Source: Octopus bimaculoides
Lineage: Eukaryota
DNA: 57,684 nucleotides
Direction: 5' to 3'
NCBI RefSeq assembly: GCF_001194135.2
Contig: NC_068985.1
Coordinates: 101,133,793-101,191,476 of the forward strand
Position 1 is the first letter of the stretch. Every line of letters begins with the position of its first letter. Shown here piece by piece: positions 40,623 through 52,930 of the stretch. Below the pieces are notes generated by a model. The model did not search any database and was not told the origin of the DNA. It was given only the letters and a program-made list of their open reading frames with translations. The translations under genes and the position numbers were made by a program.

Positions 40623-40790
40623 TAGGCGGTGAGTTGACGGTCTGATTAGTACGTCAGACAAAATGCTTTTTTCCGAGTATTCACTTGCTGAGTTGAAATA
40701 CTGCCGGTGTCACTCACCTATTCTTTTAAACCTATGGGATGCGATAAAAATAAGGTATCCCTCAAGTAGTAGCATTAATCTTACCCACTA
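40623..40790 (+). mobile_element. Degenerate SINE (family A)
   Basis: AGGCGGTGAGTTGAC..TTAGTACGTCAGACAAAATGCTT..CTGAGTTGAAAT..CGATAAAAATAAGGTA follows the family A module order. Confidence 0.62.
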
Positions 40791-40833
40791 ATTTAACCTC
40801 TTTACTGACCTTCCGTCTATCTCATTACCAGTT

Positions 40834-40970
40834 AAAGCCGATACGCTGGTAAGGCAATTGGTGCGTCGGCCAAAACCCTTAGCTTTTTTTCTTCCGACTG
40901 TTCACTTTCCGAGTTCAAACTTACTCGTGATCTATTAAGCCTTTCATCCATTCAAGTCGATTAACTTTTC
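40834..40970 (+). mobile_element. Second degenerate family A SINE, in tandem with the previous one
   Basis: CCGAGTTCAAACTT..GCCTTTCATCCATTC..GTCGATTAA matches the family A centre. Confidence 0.6.
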
Positions 40971-42235
40971 TGATCGAATTCTAGATGGAAGGCAATGGAC
41001 AATCTCCATCCCACTATAATCGCTGTCATTTTGCCAAAATTTGAAACAATTAGAATTATGTAGTCTTGTGAGTATTGCGTGTTGGCGTGTCACAATATTA
41101 CAGTTCAGTGCCGGTTGGATACCTGCATTGTGTGCTGCAATATATTCTCTTGTCTTTTATATTGATATTACTGTATACAATACATGGTGGCATTGCCTGT
41201 TATTACTATTTTCTCTGTTTTATGCGTTGGCATAAATTTCCGCCTCTTCGAACACTACAGTGTTGGTAGCATCTGATCTTACTCTTGAGTGGATAAGATC
41301 TCCCGGATTCACGAAATTAGTGCTTTTATTATCAGCAATTCGTTTTGAACACCTGTCAAAACACGGTATGTTTTATTCATAGATCTTTATTACCGTGTCG
41401 CGTGTCTATTCATTAAAATATTTATGACGCTCATTAAGCCAATAAACCAAATGAACTCTTCTATTGTGTGTAGTTGATATACCATATTAACAAAAATAGA
41501 TGCAACCTTCCTAAATTGTTGCAAAAGTACTCCGCCATTTCTTATGTATTCTAATCATCAGAAGAACATTTACTACTTGAATGAGCGACGTAAAGTATGT
41601 TGACAAGGACATTTTTTTTTAAAATTCAAACCTATAGTATTCAGGTATACAGCTTGAATGCTAAAAAATGAATGTGATATTTTCAAAATCGTAAAAGTTC
41701 TACGAAATGTTTAACAGAAAACTTTGAGCAGTTAGATGAATAATGTTCAGTTACTACATAACAAAGAATTTTAAATCACGCTGTGAATACCTAAATGATA
41801 AGAGGAGAATATAATTTCAAGTAGAAATGGATTAAGACTAGTCTTAGAATTACAGGAATTTGTATTATATTTTTCACACTGGCTACATTCTAACGTCTGT
41901 TCATTCCTGGCTTTATGCAATTGGGTGTGTTTTATTCCATTTGCATTATTAAATTTCTTGTATATTAGTTATTATATAATAATGATTTTAAATATTCTTT
42001 TATTTTTCCTAATATCAAACCTATACGAGGGTGTGCTAAATTGTCCGTATCATTACTAGTCAATCATGTTTTTGCATGTATACTTCGTATTAGAATTACT
42101 TAATTTTTGTATGTTAATCTGCACGTCATTAAAATAATCTATAAATATATAATAAATATATAGACTGACTGGTGTAATCACAATACCCGTCATCGCATGC
42201 AAAAGGATAACACATATGGCGTGTATAGAAGTGCA

Positions 42236-42454
42236 TGACATGGTGCTGAAAAGTTCCTGGCTTTCAGGATATCTCGATAAGCCTGTGAGGAAGACGACAT
42301 TTTCGAGTTCTTTTACAAGGCTTGGAATAACTGAAGGACCACTGCAATAAGTGTGTGAATCTCAGATGGTAAAATGTTAGATAAAATCTTAACTGAACTT
42401 TCTACGTATTTTTTTTTTACCAAAGAGCCATCAACATTTCCGTACTCCATCGTA
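42236..42454 (+). mobile_element. Mariner-derived MITE
   Basis: Degenerate TIRs: GGTGCTGAAAAGTTCCTGGCTTT on the left and AAAGAGCCATCAACATTTCCGTACTCCATCG-TA on the right. Internal LKDHCNKCVNLRW*NVR* resembles the mariner C-terminus (RW.KCV...G.YVE*). A further TIR-like TACGAGGGTGTGCTAAA lies near 42024. Confidence 0.72.
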
Positions 42455-44067
42455 TTTGCTGAAACACGTTGAAGATGTTTGCGTTAATGAAAGTAAACAT
42501 ATATTGAAATTAGTTAGTTTTTTTTTCTTCTGCTGATACAGAACAACCATTTATCTGTTTCAAGTTAAATGCCGTGAGAAAAACAAACAAATCAAAAAAA
42601 AAAAAACGTTAATCTGCAATGTCGAGTACTGTATTATATGAAAAGAGAAGTGATATAAACATGAACCAGTCCAAACAAAGATACATTCACTTGTTAAGCA
42701 TAAATTCAAAACATGGTAGTTAAAACGAGATGAATAAATTCTAAACTAAATTGCAGCTAAACGCTGGTGTGGTGTGCAGAGACATATGTTGTATATGTTA
42801 TTAAATATTTTCAAATTCCATATTCATTTTATTATCATTGTTCTATTAATCCTAATCAGAGAGAAATTTCGCATGCAGTCACTTCCTCTGAGTTAACTCA
42901 TGAAATCAACGTGTGGGATCCAACCAGAAACATAAGATCATAGTACAATGTGTTTTGCCTAAAATATAGTAAATAAATATACATGCGACGACGCGTATAC
43001 GCGCACACATACATCTGCATGCGTGTGTGTTTGTGTGTATATGTGTGCGAATGTGTTCTTGTGCATGTCATATAAATGTGCCAGTGTTTACGTGTAAAAG
43101 TGCATGAGTGTATATGTGTGAGTGTGACGCTCTATATGGATATAAATCAAAACCTGTAACAATGTTACAGGGCTATTTAGACAATATTTTAACTTCTCTC
43201 TATATATATATTATATTTAGCTACGTATTTATGTAACAAATCCCAGAAAGAATAACCTTTCTTTTTGCTTCAAATATTTTATAGCATCAGCTTCTTCGGA
43301 TATGAAATATCTTAAAACAGCTGCTTCATTTATAAATGAAAAATTCATGAAACCATTTGAATGTTGTCACATTTAGTATTCTCTTCAACTTCACTTCGAA
43401 TGAACAAATATACCAGCTCGAAGTTTCGCTGTTTTGAATTTCCATTCTTTAGCCTCATTGTATTAAGTAGAATAAAAGATACGAACATATGGTGATGGAA
43501 TTAAAGATTATTCATTTAACCAGAGGCCTGGAAATACGTACGTACTATAGAATATACACATATATTAAATACAATTTGAAAGAACCTTATTTAAAATAGA
43601 AACTACAATTCAAGGTAATAATTCTAAGAAGACAAAAACATAAGATTTGACAAACTCGTACGCTCACCTTATTCCCAAGAATAAGTATTCACATATCAAG
43701 TAATTGACGTTATATATAAAAGGCAATGTATTCCACCAACCCAAAGGATAAGGGATTGTTGTAAGTATTCTGATATTATCTCGTAAATAAATATTTATAA
43801 TTCATCGGTTCTCAACTACCATTTCTAAGAAATATAGATATGCTACAGCATAAAAGGAACTGATAGACAAATCATTATATTGTGTGTTTGTGTGATGTCA
43901 TAATGCTGAAACTGCGAATATAAAACCAAAATAATAATCCAAGATTTCAGCAGCAGCCATAAAGTTACATACATACATACATCCATACATACACACGTAA
44001 ATGTGTATGCGAATATGTATGTATGTATGTATGTGTGTGTATGTGTGTGTCTATATATATATATGTG

Positions 44068-44078
<11 letters not shown>

Positions 44079-44140
<62 letters not shown>
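44079..44140. repeat. (TG)n microsatellite
   Basis: Seen directly. Confidence 0.97.
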
Positions 44141-44143
<3 letters not shown>

Positions 44144-44893
44144 CAATGCTTTATGGTGAGCATGACCCTGTAAAAAGAACAATAGCGAATCAAAGAAAAT
44201 GTACATCGGAAACGTGAAGGGCAACAATTTGTTGAAGAATTTCTGCTTCATAAACTCTCATTCGTAAATGTTTCTTATGCAGAAAATTATGAATATATCT
44301 TACGTAGGTATGGAAATAAACCAACACGCCAGTGTGGTTCAGACAAATAAAAACTATTGGAATTTCACTCCAGACAACTACTTTAACAAAAACAAACAAA
44401 AAAAAATCATATAATGTGGAGGATTGAAATGTTACAGTTGAAGTGGTACGAATGAAGCAATATTAAAATGTATTTGCGAAATATTTCATTTTCTTTTATT
44501 TACTTAACGTAACAAATTTCAGTGACTACTTTCTTCACCTGGGAAATTTGTACATATAACTGATATTTCTTCCTGATATGACCAGCATAATTTTTTATAT
44601 TCATTTACATATAAATAATTAGACTTTGTTGTAGGGCCGCAAGGAATACAATAATTATTCTATTTTTTTCATCAATGTACTTGTAAACAATATCGATATA
44701 TTCCTAATACATACGCATACAGAAGCATTCATGAATAACCGTATCTATCCATCTATCTCCCTATCTATCTATGTATGTATCTATCTATCTATGATTCTAT
44801 TACTCACACCCTCTGCCTCTCTTTTCCTCTATATATACGAATATACAAAGATAGACATATGTATATCTGTGTATGTATATGTGTATATGTTAG

Positions 44894-44924
<31 letters not shown>

Positions 44925-45063
44925 ATGTGTGTGTGTGTCTCTGTGTGTGTGTGTGTGTGTCTGTGTGTGTGTATATATGTATATATATGCATACATATAT
45001 ATGCAATTTTATGTATAGCTATATATATATATATTTATGTATACATATATATGTATATACATG

Positions 45064-45101
<38 letters not shown>

Positions 45102-46574
45102 NNNNNNNNNNNNNNNNNNNNNNNNNNNNNNNNNNNNNNNNNNNNNNNNNNNNNNNNNNNNNNNNNNNNNNNNNNNNNNNNNNNNNNNNNNNNNNNNNNN
45201 NNNNNNNNNNNNNNNNNNNNNNNNNNNNNNNNNNNNNNNNNNNNNNNNNNNNNNNNNNNNNNNNNNNNNNNNNNNNNNNNNNNNNNNNNNNNNNNNNNNN
45301 NNNNNNNNNNNNNNNNNNNNNNNNNNNNNNNNNNNNNNNNNNNNNNNNNNNNNNNNNNNNNNNNNNNNNNNNNNNNNNNNNNNNNNNNNNNNNNNNNNNN
45401 NNNNNNNNNNNNNNNNNNNNNNNNNNNNNNNNNNNNNNNNNNNNNNNNNNNNNNNNNNNNNNNNNNNNNNNNNNNNNNNNNNNNNNNNNNNNNNNNNNNN
45501 NNNNNNNNNNNNNNNNNNNNNNNNNNNNNNNNNNNNNNNNNNNNNNNNNNNNNNNNNNNNNNNNNNNNNNNNNNNNNNNNNNNNNNNNNNNNNNNNNNNN
45601 NNNNNNNNNNNNNNNNNNNNNNNNNNNNNNNNNNNNNNNNNNNNNNNNNNNNNNNNNNNNNNNNNNNNNNNNNNNNNNNNNNNNNNNNNNNNNNNNNNNN
45701 NNNNNNNNNNNNNNNNNNNNNNNNNNNNNNNNNNNNNNNNNNNNNNNNNNNNNNNNNNNNNNNNNNNNNNNNNNNNNNNNNNNNNNNNNNNNNNNNNNNN
45801 NNNNNNNNNNNNNNNNNNNNNNNNNNNNNNNNNNNNNNNNNNNNNNNNNNNNNNNNNNNNNNNNNNNNNNNNNNNNNNNNNNNNNNNNNNNTATATATAT
45901 ACTTATATATACGCATACATGATGCAATATATCTATACACACATATATACAAACATATACACATATACATACACATACATATACATATGTCTATCTTTGT
46001 ATATATATACCATAAACATATATAAAAAATGGAGAGAAGATGTTGAAACAGAAATAGGCTTATTATAAACCTGGATTCAATGCATACGTACGTTTCGAAA
46101 GCAATGCAAAAATTAAAGGAAAAAAATTAAATCATAGTGATTAAAATTATAATTAAAAATAAACAATTGAAAAATTAAAATTAAGAATAAAAATAAATAT
46201 AAAATTTAATATTTAATTCATGAATTGTCATTCCCAGCAGTGAAGAATATTTTGAAGGACATCAAACGAGTTTAATATTATGAACTAAATGAGATAAACT
46301 TGAAATAAAATGAAAATGGAACAAGATACAATAAGAGAACACAGATGGGGCAATAAGGAAAATCTGGTAATTTACAAACCAATTTGTGAACAGGAAAAAT
46401 AATATCACCAATAATAATAGTGAGAGAGACGAAAATAAAAACAAAAAAATAAATATAAATATCAATGTGTATGCAAGTGTATATGTGCAGTGAAACTATA
46501 ACATAAGTATCTAACGGATCTGTTTGAAAAATAATAATAATAATAAACACCGTTCTAGGCGAAATACTGTGACT

Positions 46575-46765
46575 ACCGATGATGGTGTCTTTGTGTCCCT
46601 GTAATTATAGCGGTTCGAAAAAAAGAATTGATAGAATAAGTACTAGACTTACAAAGAAAAAGTCATGGGATCGATTTGCTCAACTGAAGGTGGTGCTCAA
46701 GCATGGCTGCACTCAAATGAAAAAAAACAAATAAACGATGGTGCATCAGCATGGCCGCAGCTCTG
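46575..46765 (+). mobile_element. Degenerate 3' part of a family B SINE with a duplicated end module
   Basis: Aligns with 31670-31815. The GGTGC..CAGCATGGC.GCA module occurs twice, near 46692 and 46739. Confidence 0.78.
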
Positions 46766-46821
46766 AGCTTATACTACAGCAAAAACGAAAATGATAATAA
46801 CAATAACAATGACATCAACAT

Positions 46822-46990
46822 CGAAAAATACCTTAGGAAATGAGAAACCAGGTTCGAAATTTCCCCAAGACACCTGATGATGGCTGGTGGGCATATCAGC
46901 CGAAACGTTGTGTTAACAACAAACAAGATGAGGACAAATATACATCAAATGTAAATAATGTACATAATTCCTCATCTCTTAAATATAGAA
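46822..46990 (+). mobile_element. Probable isolated terminal fragment of a Penelope-like element
   Basis: Contains a PLE-style minimal hammerhead and a short AATGTA(A/C)AT tandem. The PLE assignment is inferred from the known association of such hammerheads with PLEs. Boundaries are approximate. Confidence 0.55.
46869..46914 (+). ncRNA. Minimal type I hammerhead ribozyme motif
   Basis: Stem I GACAC (46869-73) pairs with GTGTT (46910-14). Core CTGATGA (46874-80), one extra T, stem II GGCTG/CAGCC with a 10-nt loop, GAAA (46902-05), and a minimal stem III containing the palindrome ACGT. Predicted cleavage triplet GTT (46907-09). Confidence 0.75.
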
Positions 46991-48084
46991 CTATAAGAAA
47001 ACGTAGTAATCTAGTTGGAAATAGTATGATAATATATGTAATTGCAAAGTTGGGAAACGCGCGTTTACGTAGAAAATGTGTTTACACATGTATAGTATGA
47101 GCAGGTGGGCATGTGCATGCGTATATAAGTGCAACGAGCTACCATTTAAAGAGCCGCTGACAAAACTATTTTACATAAGTTATAAGCATCTGCGAAAGAC
47201 AATACACATTTCTTACTGACCTCATCTGTGGCTTAAACAAACAAACATATTCGATAAAACACGACATGTTTAGTCGTTTATTATGGAATGCATGACTGTA
47301 CAATCGTGTAACGTATGACTGGAAAACACTGCCTGCTATATAATATGCAACGAGAGCATCATCAAAAATCACTCTGAAATTGTTCAAAATCCCAAACCAT
47401 CCATTTAGTATGTTTTTGAAATTTAGAAGAAAATCTTATTTTTCAGATTAGATCAAATATTTATTGACTTATAAATGTATTTATTAGGTTCATCGTATTA
47501 TTAGTATTATTATATTCATGTCTATATATAAGTATAATACAATTTCATAATAGTTTGTATATGCATAGCGTTACTTGGATAGAAGTAAAACAGCTATAAG
47601 GTAGATACTTTTAACATTTGGTATAAATGTATACGCACTTATGAGGTGTAATCATACAACAAAAATTTAGTGCATTTCTATACAAATTTTATAATACGCA
47701 AATAGATATGTGATATACAGAACAATGAATGTAGGTCTGTACCAACAAGCCATACAAGTCTAACCTATGCAATTAAATTCATTTCTAGGTATAACATTAT
47801 TAATTCATAAGCATGATTGCACGCTTCGTAAGTAGGGTAGGATTAAATGTATGCATATACACATGTATGTAAATTAGTGTTGGATAAAAGGATATGTACA
47901 TGTGTGTGCGTCTGTGAGAGCGCGTGAGAGTGCGTATGTATATATGTGTGTGTGTGACTGTGTGCGTGTCCGTGTGCGTCAGTGCAACTAAGTTGGTTAG
48001 TATAATTGACTCTTGTCAAGAAAGTGAAGAGGTAAAGAGGATGATATTGATAATATATATATATATATTTATATACATATAGTG

Positions 48085-48115
<31 letters not shown>

Positions 48116-48840
48116 AGTATATATATGTATTACTTAAAGAATTTCCAACCTTGTCTGATTTACACGTTTTATTTATCATCTGATAATAAATGTAAGATAA
48201 TATAATATAATGAATTACTACCATATTAAATGTCCATTCAGATTGAACAAGTAATTTCATACATTAAACAATGCAATCTGCAGGTTCATGTAGTAGCAGT
48301 GACAGTTATATTTTACAACTTGCAACTGTAGTAAGATGGCTAAACTGTGTACCTCAAATACATTTGTATAGACTCCTGAATATTATTTTTCACAAACTGT
48401 ATTCTGACCAATCAGTGTGTAGCTTTATTAACTTGCTTAAGTTTATTGTTGTTTGGTTTAGGCGTCACAGTTTGTTGAACTTGTCAAGTGACCTGTATTT
48501 TGACCCTGGCCAAAGCGGTAATTGTCGGATTATTTTTAGAAATGTTGTAAACAACATTTCCCAGGGATTTTTACATTTCAAATATCATCCTCACCATTAT
48601 CTTCTTCTTTGTTGTTGATGTCGATGCTGTTGCTGTTAGTGGTCGTGGTGGTTGTTGTTGTTGTGGCGGTGGTGGTTTTTGTGGGGGTGATGGTGGTAGG
48701 AGTAGCTGTGGTAATAGAACTTTAAACCCCAAAATAAAATTCTATTTACTGACTTTTCTTGTTCCTCTTTCCTTTTATTTGGATTGTCCTCAGTTTTTGT
48801 ATGAGTATTTTATAGCCGCCCGCTATATGCCATTTTCTAT

Positions 48841-49150
48841 CAGAAGAGACGGGTATTTTTGTTGGAGCAAACATTTTTTAGTTCTGTTAAGATTTTGTTC
48901 ATGATATTCGCATCTCCTACAACGTTACAAATTCTTCTTGCTAGGCAACATGAGATATTGTGTTTTGTATATGATGGATGGCACAACTTATAATTCAGGC
49001 ATTCATGTGTGTGCGCTTGTTTGTAGTATACATCTGTGGTAATAGCGGGTTCATCTTTAATTAGCGTTGCATCTACGAATTGTGATTTGGTGGTACCCAT
49101 CTCCTTTGTAAATTGGAGAGATGGATGTTCGGGAACATATTGAACACTTC
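48841..49150 (-). mobile_element. Penelope-like retroelement RT thumb fragment, a different lineage from 6456-6993
   Basis: HPSLQFTKEMGTTKSQFVDATLIKDEPAITTDVYYKQAHTHECLNYKLCHPSYTKHNISCCLARRICNVV matches HP.I.FT.E....LPFLD......TD.YYK.T.TH.YL...SCHP.HTK.NIP..LARRIC.IV. Confidence 0.85.
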
Positions 49151-49304
49151 CAGAGTATTTAGAGATTCTGTCCCGGTAATGCCGATTTGATGGAGAGAAT
49201 AAACTAACCTATAACTGAAGCATTACATTAACCTAAACAAATCCTCTGTGCATGTACATCCGCATGAAATTTCAAAAGCTACTTTACCACAAGTCACATG
49301 TCTA

Positions 49305-49420
49305 AGCAATTACAGAGCAGCGTGAGATGAAATGCTTTGCTCAGAAACATAACACTCTAAACAGTCCAAGTATTTAAACCACAATCTCTAGAGTGATGAA
49401 GGGCAACCAACCTAAAACTA
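49305..49420 (-). mobile_element. Highly degenerate SINE head, similar to family D
   Basis: GAGCAGCGTGAGATGAAATGCTTTGCTCAGAAACATAAC resembles GAGCAACGTGAAACAAAATAGCTTGCACAAGAACACAT at 15170-15210. Confidence 0.45.
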
Positions 49421-49902
49421 GTCTCTGGATGCTTGCTTTGTTGGGTGGAGGTGCTTATCTCCACTGTTTGAAAACCTATCGACACAGAACGATTGTGTCA
49501 TGTAGCCAACTAGAACCGGTATTTCTGGAGGCTAAATAGCAGTAGCATTCTTTACTTTCCTCGGACTGCCACATTAAGTTTGCAACAAACCATCACTTTA
49601 TCGTGCTGCTGCTGAATAACTCTCTGTGAAAGATTTAGAAATGCAATATTTCTAATTTTGTAGATCAGTGAATTTAATTTCACTTGAAATTCTATAAATT
49701 TTCAACAGCGATTTAATACCGACAACTGCAAACCACGATTTTTGTTGTTTTTTTTTTGTAACAATTGTAGCGGTCTATATTGTGCGAGGCCACCGTTGTT
49801 GGGTAGTGGTGAATAGTTGCGAGGTGTGAAAGGTTGCGGGGGCTGCTGGAGGTTCTGTTCCCCTGGACGTACATGTGCTGAAGCCGGAGATGATGCAGTG
49901 GA

Positions 49903-50270
49903 ATGATAAACAAATATTATGGTATGGAAGAGAAGGAAGGGTCAAATATAAAAATGAACCTGCCAGAGGAGGAAAAAGGGAAAATGGAAGAGAAGACGGT
50001 CATATTCAGAACATTTTCGAATGGAAACAGAAGACTTAAACATGCGTCGCTGGAAGAGATAGAAGAAATCTTGGAAGAACAAATAGGAGGCAGCATAACG
50101 TTCTTTACAAGAGGAAAGAGATATGCGTCGATAATGGTAAACTTTTATCAGAAGAGGAGGCGAAAAAAAGAACGCCAACAGGCTGACACAGGGAGAAAAA
50201 TTGACTTTGATGCCAAACTGTTTGGGCAAAAGAATTGTTAGAATTAGTGTGCTAAATATTTTGCTTGCTA
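49903..50270 (+). mobile_element. Possible decayed LINE ORF1 (RRM-like) fragment
   Basis: Purine-rich 112-aa ORF (EKTVIFRTF..ASLEEIEEIL..ITFFTRGKRYASIMVNF). With two frameshifts it continues SEEEAKK / NRLTQGEKLTLMPNCLGKRIVRISVLNI. Pattern resemblance only. Confidence 0.35.
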
Positions 50271-51437
50271 GCCGCCTCATAAAATACATATATTACCATT
50301 GTCTTCTTCAGAAGGTCGACAGTTTTGCAATTCCCACAATTTCATAATTCCTATTGACTTTAAATTGTAAATAATAAATATAAAACACTTCGGGTCCATC
50401 AGTCTGTAAGCCTTCTGTCAATTTCTAATCTCTTCTACATTTGTGTAGCTTCATATACAGGAAAAAGAATGCTTACGTACATTTCGACATAGTCAGTATG
50501 AAATATTGAAGATGCAACAGATTGTTTGAAGATTTCGATATGAAACGCTTATATTAACTTCAAGCTACAACCTGCATTATAGTATTCTAAATGGTGAACA
50601 CGCGAATAGAACAAAGTCAAGATTCTAAATATATGATGAAAATATGTTAATACCTCCCTACTTATATAGACAATAAACTTTCGAATATGATGCATTCAAA
50701 ATATGTAAGACATAATTTATTGAGCAAAACTATGAACTGCAACAATATTACTCAAGTGTGATGAATTACTGCCGCTTAAAAGTACAACGATTCCAGAATT
50801 AATTTCATATATATTATGGCAATATTGTGCAATGAGATCAGTAAGCGTTGTATTTTGTCACATGAGAATAAGTTTTCCGTTACGAAAAATATTGTTTCAT
50901 ATCACACAAATGTTTATTGCAAGTGACTCATCAGACAAAGTTAACCCTGATTAATAAATCTCAAAAGTGGTGCCTTCTTGTACATAATTTCATGGAACAA
51001 AATTTTTCCTGATCTGTGTTGCTATCAGCCAGTATAAGACAACACGGCATATACACGGTCTACGCTGAGTATGAAAACGATGACTTGCATGGGAATTCTT
51101 AATACTTCCTTTACAATTTCTGGCGGATTCGATCGCAAAGACACTAGAAGTTGCTGTGCTTCGTCGCTGCACAGGGCACTGCAAACTATGTTCGCTGAAC
51201 TGAGGAGACATGAATTTGACATAAGGGAGTGTCAGCTTGACGAGACACAGTGATGTCAAAAGGCCGTCAGTCCCAGAGTACTTCCATTGAGGAATGAAAT
51301 GTCACATGAACAGACACATTGGAGATGATAGTCATCATCGATTAGCATACTCATGCTTGCATCTACGGATGGTATTATGAATGAATATGCATCGATTGCT
51401 ACTCATCATGCATCTTCGCCATTTTCGAATGTGTTAA

Positions 51438-52316
51438 AAAAAAATATTTAAAAAATATAAAATAACACCAGATAGCACCTTAAGGTCCATGAACTTAGCA
51501 GCTAAGAACATCATGTTAGAATACAACTTAGCCGAAAAAACTGAACCATTTATACCCCTTAGACATAGAATCACTTTAAAAGACCATAAACCCAACTTCC
51601 TTACATACACTAAAGTTAGATTAATATGCCCTAATAGATCAGACCTATGCAAATTAAGTAAATTAATACTTGATAAGTGCATCCCTACGCTAAAAAGTAG
51701 ACTATCCCTTGAATTATGGTCTGACACATATGAAGCCCTTAACTGGTTCTCCAAAATACAAAATACTAGTAACTACAAATTCATACAGATAGATATAGTA
51801 GACTACTACTCCTCAATTAACCCCACGATATTAAATAGTGCCCTAATATATGCCAAAAATAATTCACAACTAACTAAGAAAGAAATTAATGTAATACTCG
51901 AAGCTAGAAAATCTATTATAAGGTTCGATAACAAGCTCTGGGTCCGTAAAGACTCCCCTAACTCCTTCGATATCACCGTGGGAGCCCCGGACTCAGCTCA
52001 GATAAGTGACTTAGTAGGAATTTATCTGCTCTCCTACATACAGTAGGAATTCCCAGACCTGGAAGGGGGATTGTACAGGGACGATGCACTATTTGTAATT
52101 AAAAATCCCTCGAATAGGAAACTAGAGCTCATCAAGAAAAACTTGCATAAATTCTTCAAAAGTTTTGGACTAGCCATTTCTATAGAAAACGAACACACAT
52201 CCATAAGCCACCTAGACGCCAATTGCAACCTAGCCACAGGACTACATGAACCATACATAAAGCCTAATACTAACCTAAAATACATAAACGCATCCAGCAA
52301 CCACCCACTATTCCTC
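51438..52316 (+). pseudogene. Reverse transcriptase domain of the Naiad-type element, interrupted by one TAG
   Basis: ORFs 51489-52046 and 52071 onward are in the same frame, separated only by TAG at 52044-52046 (YLLSYIQ*EFPDLEGGLYRDD). The frame is open back to 51438. Confidence 0.9.
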
Positions 52317-52930
52317 NNNNNNNNNNNNNNNNNNNNNNNNNNNNNNNNNNNNNNNNNNNNNNNNNNNNNNNNNNNNNNNNNNNNNNNNNNNNNNNNNNNN
52401 NNNNNNNNNNNNNNNNNNNNNNNNNNNNNNNNNNNNNNNNNNNNNNNNNNNNNNNNNNNNNNNNNNNNNNNNNNNNNNNNNNNNNNNNNNNNNNNNNNNN
52501 NNNNNNNNNNNNNNNNNNNNNNNNNNNNNNNNNNNNNNNNNNNNNNNNNNNNNNNNNNNNNNNNNNNNNNNNNNNNNNNNNNNNNNNNNNNNNNNNNNNN
52601 NNNNNNNNNNNNNNNNNNNNNNNNNNNNNNNNNNNNNNNNNNNNNNNNNNNNNNNNNNNNNNNNNNNNNNNNNNNNNNNNNNNNNNNNNNNNNNNNNNNN
52701 NNNNNNNNNNNNNNNNNNNNNNNNNNNNNNNNNNNNNNNNNNNNNNNNNNNNNNNNNNNNNNNNNNNNNNNNNNNNNNNNNNNNNNNNNNNNNNNNNNNN
52801 NNNNNNNNNNNNNNNNNNNNNNNNNNNNNNNNNNNNNNNNNNNNNNNNNNNNNNNNNNNNNNNNNNNNNNNNNNNNNNNNNNNNNNNNNNNNNNNNNNNN
52901 NNNNNNNNNNNNNNNNNNNNNNNNNNNNNC

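Noticed and set aside
51025-51222. GPCR TM3-like ILSVDRVYAV on the minus strand
   Set aside because: Isolated motif with stops right after it and no other helices or splice support.
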